NCBI RefSeq assembly: GCF_006345805.1
Contig: NC_043007.1
Coordinates: 39,556,001-39,620,000, forward strand
Reading direction: 5' to 3'
Source of the DNA: Octopus sinensis
Taxonomy: Eukaryota
DNA length: 64,000 nt
A model generated the notes under the pieces. It made no database searches and was not told where the DNA came from. It worked only from the letters and a program-made list of their open reading frames with translations. Shown one piece after another: positions 13,001-25,589 of the stretch. The position numbers and the translations under genes are program-made. Numbering within the stretch: the first letter of the stretch is position 1; every line of letters begins with the position of its first letter.

Positions 13001-13373
13001 CATATATATGCATGTTTATATATATGTATGTACATATGATGTCTGTGTCTGTTTGTGTGTGTAACGATCTATCAAATTCACTCACAAAGCCCAGGGTTGT
13101 AGCAGATGGCATCGGCCTAAAGTCCTGCGCAATCCGATTGAACAGGAGATTCTTAGCCACACATCCGTGTCTGCTCCTGTAAGGATATACGTAATTTTAT
13201 TATTATTAAAAACAGGAAATATTGCGTCGGTTGGGGAAACGGTATTGACACCAGGCTTCGAGGGAATGTGAAATATGACCCCTTATTAGTGAAATTTAGA
13301 GGAATTTGATTTAAACAAGTTCATGTTTAAGACAAAATTTCGCGAACCTTTTTATGATATTGCACTGGTTTAA

Positions 13374-13585
13374 GGCGTCGAGGTGGCAGAATCGGTAGCA
13401 CACTGGCCAAAATACTTAGCTTCAATTTGGTCCGTCTCCACGTTCTGAGTTCAAATTCCGCCGGCGTCGACTTTACTTTTCATCCTTTCGGTGTCGATAA
13501 AATGAGCACCAGTTGAGCATTGAGGTCGACGAAATCGACTAGCCCCTTCCCCCAACATTACAGGTCTTGTGCCTATAATAGAAAG
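13374..13585 (+). mobile_element. SINE family B monomer with imperfect 16-bp TSD
   Basis: Family head and core; flanks gatattgcactggttt / gatattgcattgattc. Confidence 0.85.
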
Positions 13586-13699
13586 GATATTGCATTGATT
13601 CAGCTGCTTTAAAACATCTTCAAAGATAGCCTTATTTCGTACGAAACAAAATTATGTTGTGTCTGAGGAGTCATTCTCTTTTAGAGCCTTATTATTTAA

Positions 13700-14280
13700 C
13701 ACGAAAAGGCTGCAAGATGCAACGAAAATTTTAGAAACGATAAATAAGTATAGGCGTAGGAGTGGCTGTGTGGTAAGTAGTTTGCTTACCAACCACATGG
13801 TTCTGGGTTCAGTCCCACTGCGTGGCACCTTGGGAAAGTGTTTCTATTATAGCCCGGGTCGACCAAAGCCTTGTGAGTAGAGGGAAACTAAAAGAAGCCC
13901 GTCGTATATATGTATATATATATATATATGTATGTGTGTGTATATGTTTGTGTGTCTGTGTTTGTCCCCCAACATCACTTGACAACCGATGCTGGTGTGT
14001 TTACGTCCCTATAACTTAGCGGTTCGGCAAAAGAGACCGATAGAATAAGTACTAAGCTTCCAAAGAATAAGTATTTGAGACGATTTGCTCGACTAAATGT
14101 GGTGCTCCAGCATGGCCGCAGCCAAATAACTGAAACAAGTAAAAGAGTAAGTAAATGAGTGGGAACTGAACCGGTGATTGTGTTAAATAATAAGGCACTA
14201 AAATAGACTGAGTCTCCCCGGACACCACAAAATATGCTTCAACACACGAACTCACATAAAGAATCTTGCAAACCGAGTCC
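13700..14280 (+). mobile_element. Penelope terminal-repeat fragment split by a SINE-A insertion
   Basis: 13700-13750 plus 14149-14280 are colinear with 9968-10135. Confidence 0.7.
13753..14148 (+). mobile_element. SINE family A, full length
   Basis: Starts ggcgtaggagtggctgtgtgg, ends gaaacaagtaaaagag. Confidence 0.9.
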
Positions 14281-14370
14281 ATAAACGAAATAAATTTCAT
14301 GGAAGAAACACGAAAGTTCTGAATAAAATTTATTATTCTTTTTTAAGCAAGACTTTCCTAAAAAATAGTT

Positions 14371-14625
14371 GGAGACGCATGGCTTAGGGGTTAGGATGTT
14401 GGAGACTTGATCGTAAGATTGTAATTTCGATTCCTGGACCGGGGGACGCGTTCTGTTTTTAATTTATTATCTTTAGCAAAACACTTCATTTCACGTTGCT
14501 CCAGTTCATCCAGCTGGCAAAAATGGATAATTCTGCGACGGACCAGTTTCCGTCTAGTTGGGGAATATATACGCCAGGAAAACCGGGAAAACGGCCAAAT
14601 GAGACAATATGGCTCTCGAAGAAAC
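14371..14625 (+). mobile_element. tRNA-derived SINE family D
   Basis: tRNA-like head, core aacacttcatttcacgttgctccagttca, tail ctgcgacggacc...gaaaaccggg shared with 48246-48540. Confidence 0.65.
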
Positions 14626-14729
14626 TTTACTTTCTTTCTTTTCATTGACACTTGTAATGTTTTTTAAGGAAAATACTGACGTTTACAAGCTGTTTTATTA
14701 TATATGTATATATATTTCTCTGTATGTAA

Positions 14730-14930
14730 GGCGGTGAGCAGGCAGAATCGTTAGCACGCCGGGCAAAATGCTTGGCGACAGTTCTTCCGTCTTGAGTTCA
14801 AATTCGCCGAGGTCGACTTTGCTTTCATCATTTCAGGGTTGATAAAATAAGTACCAGTTGAACACTGGGTTGCATCTAACCGCCTCATCCCATCCCCCGA
14901 ACTTGTGGGCCGTGTGCCGACATTTTGAAT
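14730..14930 (+). mobile_element. SINE family B monomer
   Basis: ggcggtgagcaggcagaatcgttagc...ggtcgactttgctttcatc. Confidence 0.8.
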
Positions 14931-15025
14931 TGACATTTCTATGAATGAATGGATGGATTTGAGCATATGCATGTTAATGTATGTATTTATGCATCTGTAT
15001 GTATGCGTATATATATATATTTGAA

Positions 15026-15061
<36 letters not shown>

Positions 15062-15271
15062 CATACATAGATATATAATGTTTATTCTCCGATTTGAAGC
15101 GACAAATGACTGAAAAATGATGAGCTAACCTCAAGCAGAATCGAACTCACAAATCGACGCTTTCATGGTTCCTTGTGAATCTGATTGGTCAAACGCTCAC
15201 CCATCAATTTCGGTCAAATTTAGTTAATATATACTACTTAAATAATATTTTCTATTCATATAAAAATTAAT

Positions 15272-15326
<55 letters not shown>

Positions 15327-15450
15327 GTGTGTGTGTATGTGTGTGTGTATGTGTTGGTATGTATGAATTTATGTATGTAGTATGCATGCAGTGTGTATGC
15401 ATATATGTGTGTGTGCCCGTATGTAAGCATGTATGTATCTGTATGTGTTT

Positions 15451-15488
<38 letters not shown>

Positions 15489-16430
15489 TATGTGTGCGTG
15501 CATGCGTATGTGTGTGTGTATTTATGTTTTTAATTTTAGATTATTTAAGTTCCCACGGTAGAATTTGTATCGGTCATTATGAAAAAAACAAAGCACTTTT
15601 TGTTGCGCATAAGTGAGTTATCATGTGTGCACATCTACGTGTGTGTGTGTATGCACGTGAGTTAGTGTGTGTCCGTGTGTGTCTGTGTGTGTGTGTGTAT
15701 GCACGTGCGTTAGTGTGTGTCCGTGTGTGTCTGTGTGTGTGTGAGCATCGATATTTATATATACATATATATATGTACATGCATATGTACATACATACAC
15801 CTAAACTTACATATGTATAAGCACTTATCTAGAAGCATTCAATCACATTAGTAGCGTATATATATTTCTTTACTATACATGCTTATGTCATCCGCACGTG
15901 ATCGCCCTTGCGTAAATTCCAGGAAATTTAAATGGAAAAGAACATCTTCATAAACATATGCACATAGATATACGAGGAGGTACTCAAAAGTAACCGGAAG
16001 CGTTTACTGTGAGACAAGCCCGTTGTAGTTCAGGCTTCCGCCGCTAGAAGCAGATTGATGCGCCCTTCGGACATCAGTCTCCCGACCAGCAGCTTCTCGT
16101 GAGATTGTAATGCAACATGGCGCGTCTTTAATTTGCAGTGCCTCTTCTTTGTTTGTCGGTTTTTTGCGATGGCTGAAATGAAGGATCAGCGTGCTTCCGT
16201 GAAATTGCTTCCTGCTGAGGAAGACGGTGGCTGAAACAGTTGTCATGCTTCAAACAGCTTATGAGGATGCCATGCCGCCATGAACAAAACACAAGTTTAC
16301 GCTTTAGGAATGATAACTTGTCGCTTGAAGACCAACCTCGTTCAGGGCGATCGTCGACATCCCGAATAAATGAAAAGAGGAAAATTCATGAACTGATCAC
16401 CGAATAATTGCCGAACCATCACCGAACAAT

Positions 16431-16560
16431 TATTCTTTTACTCTTTTACTTGTTCCAGTCATTTGACTGCGGCCATGCTGCGGCACCGCATTTAGTCGAG
16501 CAAATCGACCCCAGGACTTATTCTTTGGAAGACTAGTACTTATTCTATGGGTCTCTTTTG
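16431..16560 (-). mobile_element. SINE family A 3' fragment nested in mariner
   Basis: Nearly identical to 16751-16885. Confidence 0.8.
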
Positions 16561-16750
16561 AGTAGACTCGTTGAGTGTAGACTCAACACATTCCTAAGAC
16601 GGAGACAAAATCAATGAAACGTTGCTGGGGTTTTCCGTTTCGCGGACATTAATGTCTCGTCTAATGTCGTTGGGGGGAATAAACAACATATGGTGAACTA
16701 CAGCAAAATTTACAGCTCTTTTATTTGGATAAAGGACAAAAAGATTTCGT

Positions 16751-17172
16751 TATTCTCTTTTACTCTCTTTTACTTGTTTCAGTCATTTGACTGCGGCCAT
16801 GCTAGAGCACCGCATTTAGTCGAGCAAATCGACCCCAGGACTTATTCTTTGGAAGACTAATACTTATTCTATCGGTCTCTTTTGCCGAACTGCTAAGTTA
16901 CGGGGACGTAAACATACCACCATCGGTTGCCAAGCGATGTTGGTGAAGACAAACACAGACACACAAACATATACACACATATGCATATATATATATATGC
17001 ACATATATACGACGGGCTTCTTTCAGGTTCTGTCTACCAAATCCACTCACAAGGCTTTGGTCTGCCCGAGCCTATAGTAAAAGACACTTGCCCAAGCTGC
17101 CACGCAGTGGGACTGAACCCAGAACCATGTGGTTGGTAAGCAAGCTACTTACACACAGCCTCTTCTGCGCCT
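16751..17172 (-). mobile_element. SINE family A, full length, nested in mariner
   Basis: Reverse complement of 4300-4694. Confidence 0.9.
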
Positions 17173-17661
17173 ATTCATAAATTATACCACCGCGGCGTTC
17201 GAGCGAGCCAGCGGCGATGATCGATCTTGATATGAATGGTGTGTCCTAGAGCTCCTACAAGCGAATTTTGAGCGAGAAATTCCGAAAGAAAGAATTACAG
17301 CAAAGTTTGTACCTCGCTTGCTTACCGAAGATCAAAAGCAGTGCCGACTGAATACGGGTCGTGAACTGAAAGAAGAGCTCGAGATTAATCCGGACTTTTT
17401 TCGAAGGTCATCACTGGTAACCAAAGCTGGAGTTACAGCATTTGCAGATGTGGAAAAGGTGAAGAAAAAAATAAACAACTGAGGCGTTAAAAGGCATCAC
17501 TTCGCAAGGGTTCCAGCACTGCTTCGAACAGTGAAAAACGCGTTTGTGCCGATGCGTAGCTTCGAATGGAGAATAATTTGAAGGCGATAAGAGTGTACAC
17601 ATATAAAACTAAGTTAATAAAATAATATCGCAAAATTCCCTCTGGATATCCTTTCGTATGT

Positions 17662-18041
17662 GGAAGCACTCCGTCGGTTACGACGACGAGGGTTCCGGTT
17701 GATCCGATCAACGGAACAGCCTGCTCGTGAAATTAACGTGTAAGTGGCTGAGCACTCCACAGACACGTGTACCCTTAACGTAGTTCTCGGGGATATTCGG
17801 CGTGACACAGAGAGTGACAAGGCCGGCCCTTTGAAATACAGGTACAACAGAAACAAGAAGTAAGAGTGAGAGAAAGTTGTGGTGAAAGAGTACAGCAGGG
17901 ATCACCACCATCCCTGCCGGAGCCTCGTGGAGCTTTAGGTGTTTTCGCTCAATAAACACTCACAACGCCCGGTCTGGGAATCGAAACCACGATCCTACGA
18001 CCACGAGCCCGCTGCCCTAACCACTGGGCCATTGCGCCTCC
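17662..18041 (-). mobile_element. tRNA-derived SINE family C with 12-bp TSD
   Basis: Head ggaggcgcaatggcccagtgg (A box) ... ggtttcgattccc (B box); flanks cctttcgtatgt / cctctcgtatgt. Confidence 0.9.
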
Positions 18042-18064
18042 CCTCTCGTATGTATGTAATGTAT

Positions 18065-18357
18065 GAATGACCACGGGATTGCACCTAGAAAGTTCCCATC
18101 CGAGGCACAAGTCCGCGCAAAGTTGTTGATGGAAGACTTGTACTCGCCCATGTATACCAGCCTCCCCTCTCCACGTCGCCGATGTTATCGAAGGGAGACA
18201 AAAGCTATATACCTTGGCACAACTTGTGTCTACAGCTGAGTGAACTGGAGCAACGTGAAATAAAGTGTCTTGCTCAAGAACACAACACTCAGCCCGGTCC
18301 GGGAATCGATCTCACAAGCTTATGATTGAAGCCCGACCCTCTAACCACTGAGCCATG
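18065..18357 (-). mobile_element. SINE with family-D core and a different tail
   Basis: cagctgagtgaactggagcaacgtgaaataaagtgtcttgctcaag...ctaaccactgagccat. Confidence 0.7.
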
Positions 18358-18359
18358 AG

Positions 18360-18900
18360 AGGAAGCTTGGTATGCTACTACGTGGTTACAGATTCAGTCC
18401 GACTGAGTGGCACAACGGACAAGTGTCTTCTGCTATAACCCCGTTTCGAATAATGCCGCCTGAGTAAATTTGTGAGACAGAAATTGTGTAGAAGCCCGTC
18501 GTTTATAATATGTGTAGAGTAATCCCTCGACTATCGCGGGCGTTACGTTCCAAAACCTCCCACAGGAATAATCAAAATCTAAAAAACTATAAAAGCCTAT
18601 CGGCCGCAGAAACCAGCAATATACTGAGGAGTCCTCGATATAAATTTACATATATTAGCCAAAAAAATACGCGATGTACTGAGTACACAATAGGTGAACC
18701 GCGATATAGCGAGGGATTACTGTATACACACACACATACATACACATCTGAAATGTAGTTGCGGTTAGAAAGAGCATTCAACCGTAGAAACCATGTCAGA
18801 ACAGAGAATGGAGCCTGGAGCGGTCCCGGCCTTACCAGCTCCTGTCAAACCATTCAACCCATGTCAGCATGGAAAACAAACATTAAGGGAAGATAATGAA
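18360..18900 (+). mobile_element. Degenerate SINE with A-type head and alternative tail, interrupted by a MITE
   Basis: A-type head to gaagcccgtcg; tail caacccatgtcagcatggaaaacaaacattaa after the MITE. Confidence 0.55.
18517..18722. mobile_element. pogo/Tigger-type MITE
   Basis: TIRs agtaatccctcgactatcgcgg / ccgcgatatagcgagggattactg with TA on both sides. Confidence 0.85.
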
Positions 18901-18914
18901 TGATATATATACAC

Positions 18915-19034
<120 letters not shown>

Positions 19035-19093
19035 CATACGTGTGTATGTACTTGTGTGATGTACTTACTTCTTTGTGTATGTGTGTGTGTGTC

Positions 19094-19138
<45 letters not shown>

Positions 19139-19771
19139 CACGCATGGGATGGTTTTAGTACCGTGATTTAGTTGCTCAGACTATATTGTGAACAGTTTTG
19201 GCAACAATGTCATTACATGTAGAGGTTCGTTGTGAGTGGTAAAGCCTGTTAAGATTTGTGATATCTTCCACATTGGCATGTTACAGGTGACATGTATATA
19301 TCGGTATCGTGGACTGGAATCAACCCTGTTTTTTTTATTGATCAGGTATTTAGTAGCTAACTCCTCTTCCTGTTCAGCGCTCTTTATAGATGAGATATAT
19401 CGCCGCATCTGTGATAAGTCCATTTATCCATCAACGTTCATTAGATTAGACATAACCAATGTATTATCTCAGTTTCACATTTTACCTGTTTAAAATTTTA
19501 CCTGAAGATGGTGATTTGTATGTTATGATGTAATTTTTAAACCCCATTAGCGTTCTCTTTTTATAACTACACCACAGATGGAACCAACCCCAAAACCGGA
19601 TCTACCGTTTAAAATGGATTTGGTACTTACACATTTGCAGTATCCTTCCAAAATTTGATACTTTCATTGTTGTCCGCCTCGCTTTGAAGTCTGTGTTATT
19701 TTACCTACCCATTTCTGATGTCCTTCGTGTTGATGTCTCTAGATCCTATTGAATCCTATAACAAATATTAT

Positions 19772-19815
<44 letters not shown>

Positions 19816-19829
19816 ATTCTCTTATCGTA

Positions 19830-20270
19830 AACGGCAAATGAGGGTTCAGTAAAACAAAGCGTTGATCATGCTCTGTTGACACGAATGTGTCTCTTGGGGC
19901 CTGCCGGTGCCTTGCAGACCTTTTGGCAGATGGAACAGGTTGAGGACTCTTGTGGATCGTTCACTGTGTATTCTTGAGTGGACGGCAAGGCCTGTTTTGC
20001 TTCGTGCTACAAAACCATAATGACAGGTAAGATTTTTATTTAGAGGAGCAGCGTTTTGCCACGGTGCCTTCGTGCTTGCACAAAGTGAGTCCCGATGAAG
20101 GAGTCGACTTTGCTCAAATCTTTGAACTGAGGAGAAGCAGGACTGGTGCCAGATTCTGCGTTTTGATGCTTTGTTTTCCCAGGAAGAAAAGGAATTGTTG
20201 CATCGCTTTTAGTTTACCTTTGAAGCGCAAGAGCGGCTTTCCTACAGACCTTCCAGTTGGGAATTAATCA
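19830..20270 (-). mobile_element. RTE-like LINE 3' end with C2H2 zinc-finger remnants
   Basis: Minus-strand peptides GRSVGKPLLRFKGKLK, TCHYGFVARSKTGLAVHSRIH and CSICQKVCKAPAGPKRHIR. Confidence 0.65.
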
Positions 20271-20508
20271 GATCATCTCTCACGTATGAGTGATTTAGAT
20301 AGTGGTCGATAACGTGTTTTTGAATTATATATATATATGATTTGAATAACACCTGTGTTTAACTCCATTTCACTTAACCCTGGAATTTATACCTTTATAA
20401 CTAAGCTGTAATATATTTGGCACGTGTGAACTTTTGCTACGCTGGTAACTATTTATTTTTTCCTTGTTATTCGTACACAATGAAAAATTATACATAGATT
20501 TATATATA

Positions 20509-20553
<45 letters not shown>

Positions 20554-20600
20554 ATACATATACAACACACATGCACACACACATATATATATATATATAT

Positions 20601-20603
20601 AGG

Positions 20604-20691
<88 letters not shown>

Positions 20692-20716
20692 CAGATAGAT
20701 AAATAGATAGATAGAT
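20601..20716. repeat. (GATA)n microsatellite
   Basis: Direct inspection. Confidence 0.95.
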
Positions 20717-21019
20717 ACACACGCACACATGTAAATCATATTTTCCGTTTGTAGTCTTTTTATTTAATCCTCAAAAAATTACACAGATGTGTAGAATGAT
20801 CCGGTGGTGATGCTGGACTTTGTATTTTTCATAGCTCCCATGGTTACCGAGATAATCTACTATAATAATACTCTTGTGTTTATGAATGAGAAAGGAAGGG
20901 GTGACGTAATACTTGGTAGTGGGATGATGAAAATTGTACGCTAAAAAATTAATCAAACAGCGTTTCAATTCTGTGTGAATATATGTATGTGTATGTAAAA
21001 GGGGAGTATGTGAATATGT

Positions 21020-21312
21020 GTGCCTGTGTGTGTGTTTGTGTGTGTATGTATGTGTGTGCGTGTGAGCGCGCAAAGGAAGTGCGATGGTTCATCTTTGTTC
21101 GCTTAGTATTTGGGTTCATTTTTTGATTTGGATGAATCTTGGTTGATTTTTTCCTTTTGTTGGTTAGTTATTTTTAGCGTTTTCACAGAAATAAGTCATT
21201 CTAAAATTGATTTTTAATGTAAGCGTGCCCAAACAAATCGAATGCTTATACAGAGCAGGTTCTACAGCCACATCATCGAAACCGACCGGGTGAAACCGGG
21301 CTTAGCTGCTAA
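21020..21312 (+). mobile_element. Non-autonomous Helitron-like element, degenerate
   Basis: 3' hairpin ccgggtgaaaccgg followed by gCTAA-t (CTRR terminus); 5' boundary uncertain. Confidence 0.5.
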
Positions 21313-21527
21313 TATATCTGCATTGAGTGTGAGTGTGTCTGTTGTGGTTTCTTGATGTTGGTTGAGGAGCTGTGGAGTTCAATATGGAACATTATTGTGT
21401 TTGTTGATGTATATTGATCTATATTGTTTATATTGTATTATTGTGTATATATATGTACGAATATGAGTATGTATGCATATTTTATTTATATGTAAATTAT
21501 TTAGGATTTGTACTCATACTTGCATTA

Positions 21528-21643
21528 GAATCTCTGAAGAGGCCGTAAGTTATTCTTGTTAATGTCTCATTTATACCTGCATTTATGGCTAATCGGTTAA
21601 ATGAGACATACCTGTCTTCATGGCCGAAACAGCTGTCAGGTTC
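21528..21643 (+). ncRNA. Type I hammerhead ribozyme with extended stem II
   Basis: gaatct-CTGAAGA-GGCC-[77 nt]-GGCC-GAAA-cagct-GTC-aggttc; palindromic stem III acagctgt; predicted cleavage after 21637. Confidence 0.8.
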
Positions 21644-21826
21644 AATGTAAATGTATTTTTATGTCTTGTTATATTTATTTAGTTATATTTCACCATATTG
21701 ATTGTAATTATTGTACTGTATTTATGTATAATATCATTGCTATTGTGTAGTGTTTTAATAAAGTATATGATTCGGTACTATCTGACAGTTGATTGATTTA
21801 GATATATTTCTCCATTTTCACCATTT

Positions 21827-21894
<68 letters not shown>

Positions 21895-22023
21895 ACCAAG
21901 ACCCCATGAACTATCAACTTCGTAAACAAACTTTAAACCCTACTAGAAATCAATGAAAGACAAATCGAATGCCATGAGAAGATAGGATACAAACAGTTCA
22001 CACACAAATAAACAAGTACAATA

Positions 22024-22082
<59 letters not shown>

Positions 22083-22169
22083 CATATGCATGTATGCACG
22101 TATGTATGTATGTGTATAGCTTACCCGGATCTTAATTTTTAAAATAAAGTATGTTATTGTTATTGTTAT

Positions 22170-22340
22170 AGGAAGCTGAGTCAATGTTCGCAAACGTTCT
22201 GAGCTCTAATCCTGTCCGGGTCAACTTGTTTTGTTTCCTACGGAGTTGATAGAATCTAATATCAGTGAAATAATGGAGTAGATTTAATTCAACGAAATAC
22301 CACTACCCAAAATTTCAGGCCTTGTACCTATGTTAGTAGC
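22170..22340 (+). mobile_element. SINE family B, highly degenerate
   Basis: cgttctgagctctaatcc...ggtcaacttg...cccaaaatttcaggccttgtacc. Confidence 0.5.
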
Positions 22341-22508
22341 AATTTCTTATACGTCATCGGTGTTTTAATTTTTGGCATTATATTACACTATGGTATCCAT
22401 AGCGTATTCAATCCAGTTTTGTACTGTTTTCTATGTTAAAATACTGTATTTTTAACTAATGTTGTTGTTACTAACGCCGTATATTATATTGTGTAATGTT
22501 CCAGAGGT

Positions 22509-22556
22509 AATGGTGTCATTGAGACCCAATGGTGTCATTGAGACCCAAAGGTGTCA
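22509..22556. repeat. 19-bp tandem repeat x2.5
   Basis: aatggtgtcattgagaccc repeated. Confidence 0.85.
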
Positions 22557-22664
22557 GGTAATGCTGAATAAGTGCTACGGATAGACCATAGTTAAGTTCC
22601 AAATTCGGTGATTTTGCGAATAAGGTGTTCAGCGTTGGTCAAATGTCAGCATGTGCATATAACA

Positions 22665-23097
22665 TTTTTATTTCGTAATAACATAAACCAACGCTGTGTA
22701 GATTTTAGAACATTTGTAGATAGGTCTTAGAGCTGTTTCCGGGATATTTATTATATTCCTTCATCGGACACAGTGTGAGGGGATGGTTAAAAAATGATTA
22801 ATTTAGATAAGATATAAAATAGAGAGTGAGGTCGAGGAAATAAAAAAAATAGATGTGAGATATGTAGGGATATTGCATTTGTAGATCCATTTTTTAAGGC
22901 AGAATGGTATACATATAATATTCCAATACCTTATGAGTAAAATCCAATAGAATTTATAATTGGTTATTCCAAGTATAGAGTTTATATACAGTGTTATTGA
23001 ATCCAGGGTTATCCTGGAAACAGCTGTAATACCTATCTATAAATGTTCTAAAATCTACACAGCCTTGGTTTTTTTTATCTCATTACGAAATAAAATT
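22665..23097. mobile_element. Fold-back element with degenerate hammerhead motifs
   Basis: Arms 22665-22746 and 23010-23097 are reverse complements; minus strand 22723-22772 reads cCGATGA-aggaatat..atatcccg-GAAAcagctcTA-agacc. Confidence 0.65.
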
Positions 23098-23100
23098 TAT

Positions 23101-23159
<59 letters not shown>

Positions 23160-23497
23160 CAAATGGGACAAGAACGCAAAACATCCGGAGAGTTAGGTGA
23201 TACAAAAATGGGACAACAAAACACCCAGATGGACGATACAAAGAAAACGAGGACGGGTCATTCGAAGTTTTCTTTCTTCAGTCGACTACCAGATTATCGT
23301 CGCAATTTCGGCTGATTATACTCGAGATTGCTACATTCTGGCGAGCCCCAAGGAAAAACTAAGCTAAAAGCATTAGATTCTTTAGAAGAAAGCAGAAAAT
23401 GTATACAAAAACAAGGACGGAAAAAAACGGACAATGCTACACAAATACAATAAAAATAATAACAGGACATAACAACAGGTGTCTTTCGACTAAGGAC

Positions 23498-23498
<1 letters not shown>
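23160..23498. repeat. Unclassified interspersed repeat
   Basis: Segments recur at 44890-44960, 46995-47035 and 59845-59975 (aaacaaggacggaaaa..gacaatg.tacacaaata). Confidence 0.7.
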
Positions 23499-23528
<30 letters not shown>

Positions 23529-23851
23529 TTACAAAATGAGCGCTATCAGCTGGGAGCTATTTTGCATACATGAATAAAATGTTTCACATGATTCCAACAC
23601 GGAATTTGGCAATATAGTTTAATAAGATGTCCAAACGGTCCCATGACCTTTAATAAGATATAAAATAAAATAAAATAAAATAATGAAATAAGTGTAATAA
23701 AAGAAGGACAGATCAACAATCTGCTATTATTTGTTTTAACTGTTTTCCTACAAATTTCAATGAAAACACTTATAGCCACGGTTAGAAACGGAGTACAGAC
23801 TAGGACGGACAAAACACCAAGAACAAGTTTAACAAATACGATGATGAAGAC

Positions 23852-23889
<38 letters not shown>

Positions 23890-24152
23890 CGACGACGATA
23901 ATGATGATGGTCATCGTCGTCATCATCATCGTCATCGCAGACGACGTCTTTGACACTATTATTATTTACTCTAGTTGGTAACCTCAGAACGGACAGCAGC
24001 CTGTTGTCAGAGGTTTCGCAGTGTCTCTTTCCGCAAATTATAAGCTTTGGTACTTGGATGTTAAATTATCGTGGGAGACACTTAACACTCAAGGACCACC
24101 ACCATTGTTATTATTATCAATATTGTTATTATTGTTATTATTATTGTTGTTG

Positions 24153-24214
<62 letters not shown>

Positions 24215-24335
24215 TATATTTGACTTTTGCTTTACATTTGTACAAGTTGGCTCCAAATCTCACCCAGAGACCTCAAGAGACAAGCTGGAAGCTCCTGTTG
24301 GTGTTATGCCTAGGGTGCCATATATTTGGTTTTGT
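24215..24335 (-). mobile_element. R4/Dong-like LINE 3' UTR (subfamily 1) abutting (TTA)n
   Basis: Reverse complement of 46460-46580. Confidence 0.75.
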
Positions 24336-24361
24336 ACTTAGTGTTGTACTAGTGAATGTTT

Positions 24362-24436
<75 letters not shown>

Positions 24437-24498
24437 AGTAGTAGTAGTTGTTGTAATGGTAGCAGCAGCAGCAGTAGCAGCAGTAGTGGTAGTAATGC

Positions 24499-24560
<62 letters not shown>

Positions 24561-25588
24561 TTGAGTGAGAGAGCTAAGCATGCCATCAAGATGAAACTGG
24601 AGTACAAATATACGGAGTCCAATATACCCATCAGTACTACCCGTCTGATAAGGGTACACCAGACACATGCATCACAACCCTTTGTGTTTGACATGGTGAT
24701 TTCATATAAAGATAGACAGCGCATGACTTGGTAGCGAGGGCTTGGTCCTGTGCAGCAATGATCAGGCTTTCGATGGTACGCTTCAAATCACCTCGCTCAA
24801 GCCGTGTCCTCAACACTGTATTATCCTTAACGTCCTGTGTATTCCTTTCAAACTGTCCATGCGTTCTCATTTCAAGAAGGTCTTCTTTTCTCTTCTACTC
24901 AGCTCTTTTGTTAAACGCTTCCTTACCCATCATTTCATCTGCATTTACACACATATCTTTCACGGCATATTGCAGCAGGTCTTCATCACTATTTATTAAA
25001 TATTCGGCAACAGTTCTCCTTTCACCCCTTATATAATGGTCTATACTAATTAGTCCCCTGCTACCGCTCTTTGTTTTCATATACAATCTATTACGTTTAC
25101 TTTAGGGTGTAGCGCCCCATGCAGCGTCATCAACTTTCTCCTCCTTCTATCCAGTGTTGATATTTCTTCCTTAGTCCATTTGAGGATGGATGCACTATAT
25201 CTGACCACCGCAACTGCTCAGATATTCATTGCGGTAATCAAACTTTTGACATTCATGTTGGATTTCAACACCATTTTCACCCTTTTTTGATACGTCTCTC
25301 TGATCTTGGCGTTCACTTCTACGTGTAGAATGTCATCCAACTCCCAAATGCCTAAATATCTATATTCACTACTTTTGGGTTTACCAATGGTCTCTCCTGA
25401 TGGTGACCGCAGTCCTCTGTAAGCTGCTTTCTTCCTTCTTTTCATATTAAGTACTGAGCATTTCATAATCCCAAATTCCATACCGATATCCCTAACACAT
25501 TTCTAGACTGTTTTGGTCAAGGAATCTATCTGTTTTTCAGATTTCCCAAACAATTTCAGGTTATCCATAAACAGAAGTATTTACACTT
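24561..25588 (-). mobile_element. R4/Dong-like LINE RT fragment joined to a 3' terminal repeat
   Basis: Peptides LLFMDNLKLF, MEFGIMKC, YRYLGI, LYMKTKSGSRGLISI and ESLIIAAQDQALAT; 24561-24730 matches the ends of the 60016-61159 units. Confidence 0.85.
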
Positions 25589-25589
25589 C

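Larger units (their letters stand above)
15973..17656 (+). mobile_element. Mariner relic, same family as 5589-6520, with nested SINEs
   Basis: 5' TIR cgaggaggtactcaaaagtaaccggaag; peptides KFVPRLLTEDQKQCRL, SKVITGNQSW and CVASNGE*FEGDK; degenerate 3' TIR ending ctttcg-TA. Confidence 0.8.

Noticed and set aside
19500-19610. CTGAAGAtggtg as a hammerhead start
   Set aside because: No matching stem II-GAAA half was found
22509-22556. Short direct repeats as a CRISPR array
   Set aside because: No spacers, eukaryotic context, no cas genes
23250-23290. Minus-strand CTGAAGA-aag-aaaa-ctt-CGAAT as a hammerhead
   Set aside because: The core reads GAAT and the register does not give a canonical A15.1-U16.1 pair
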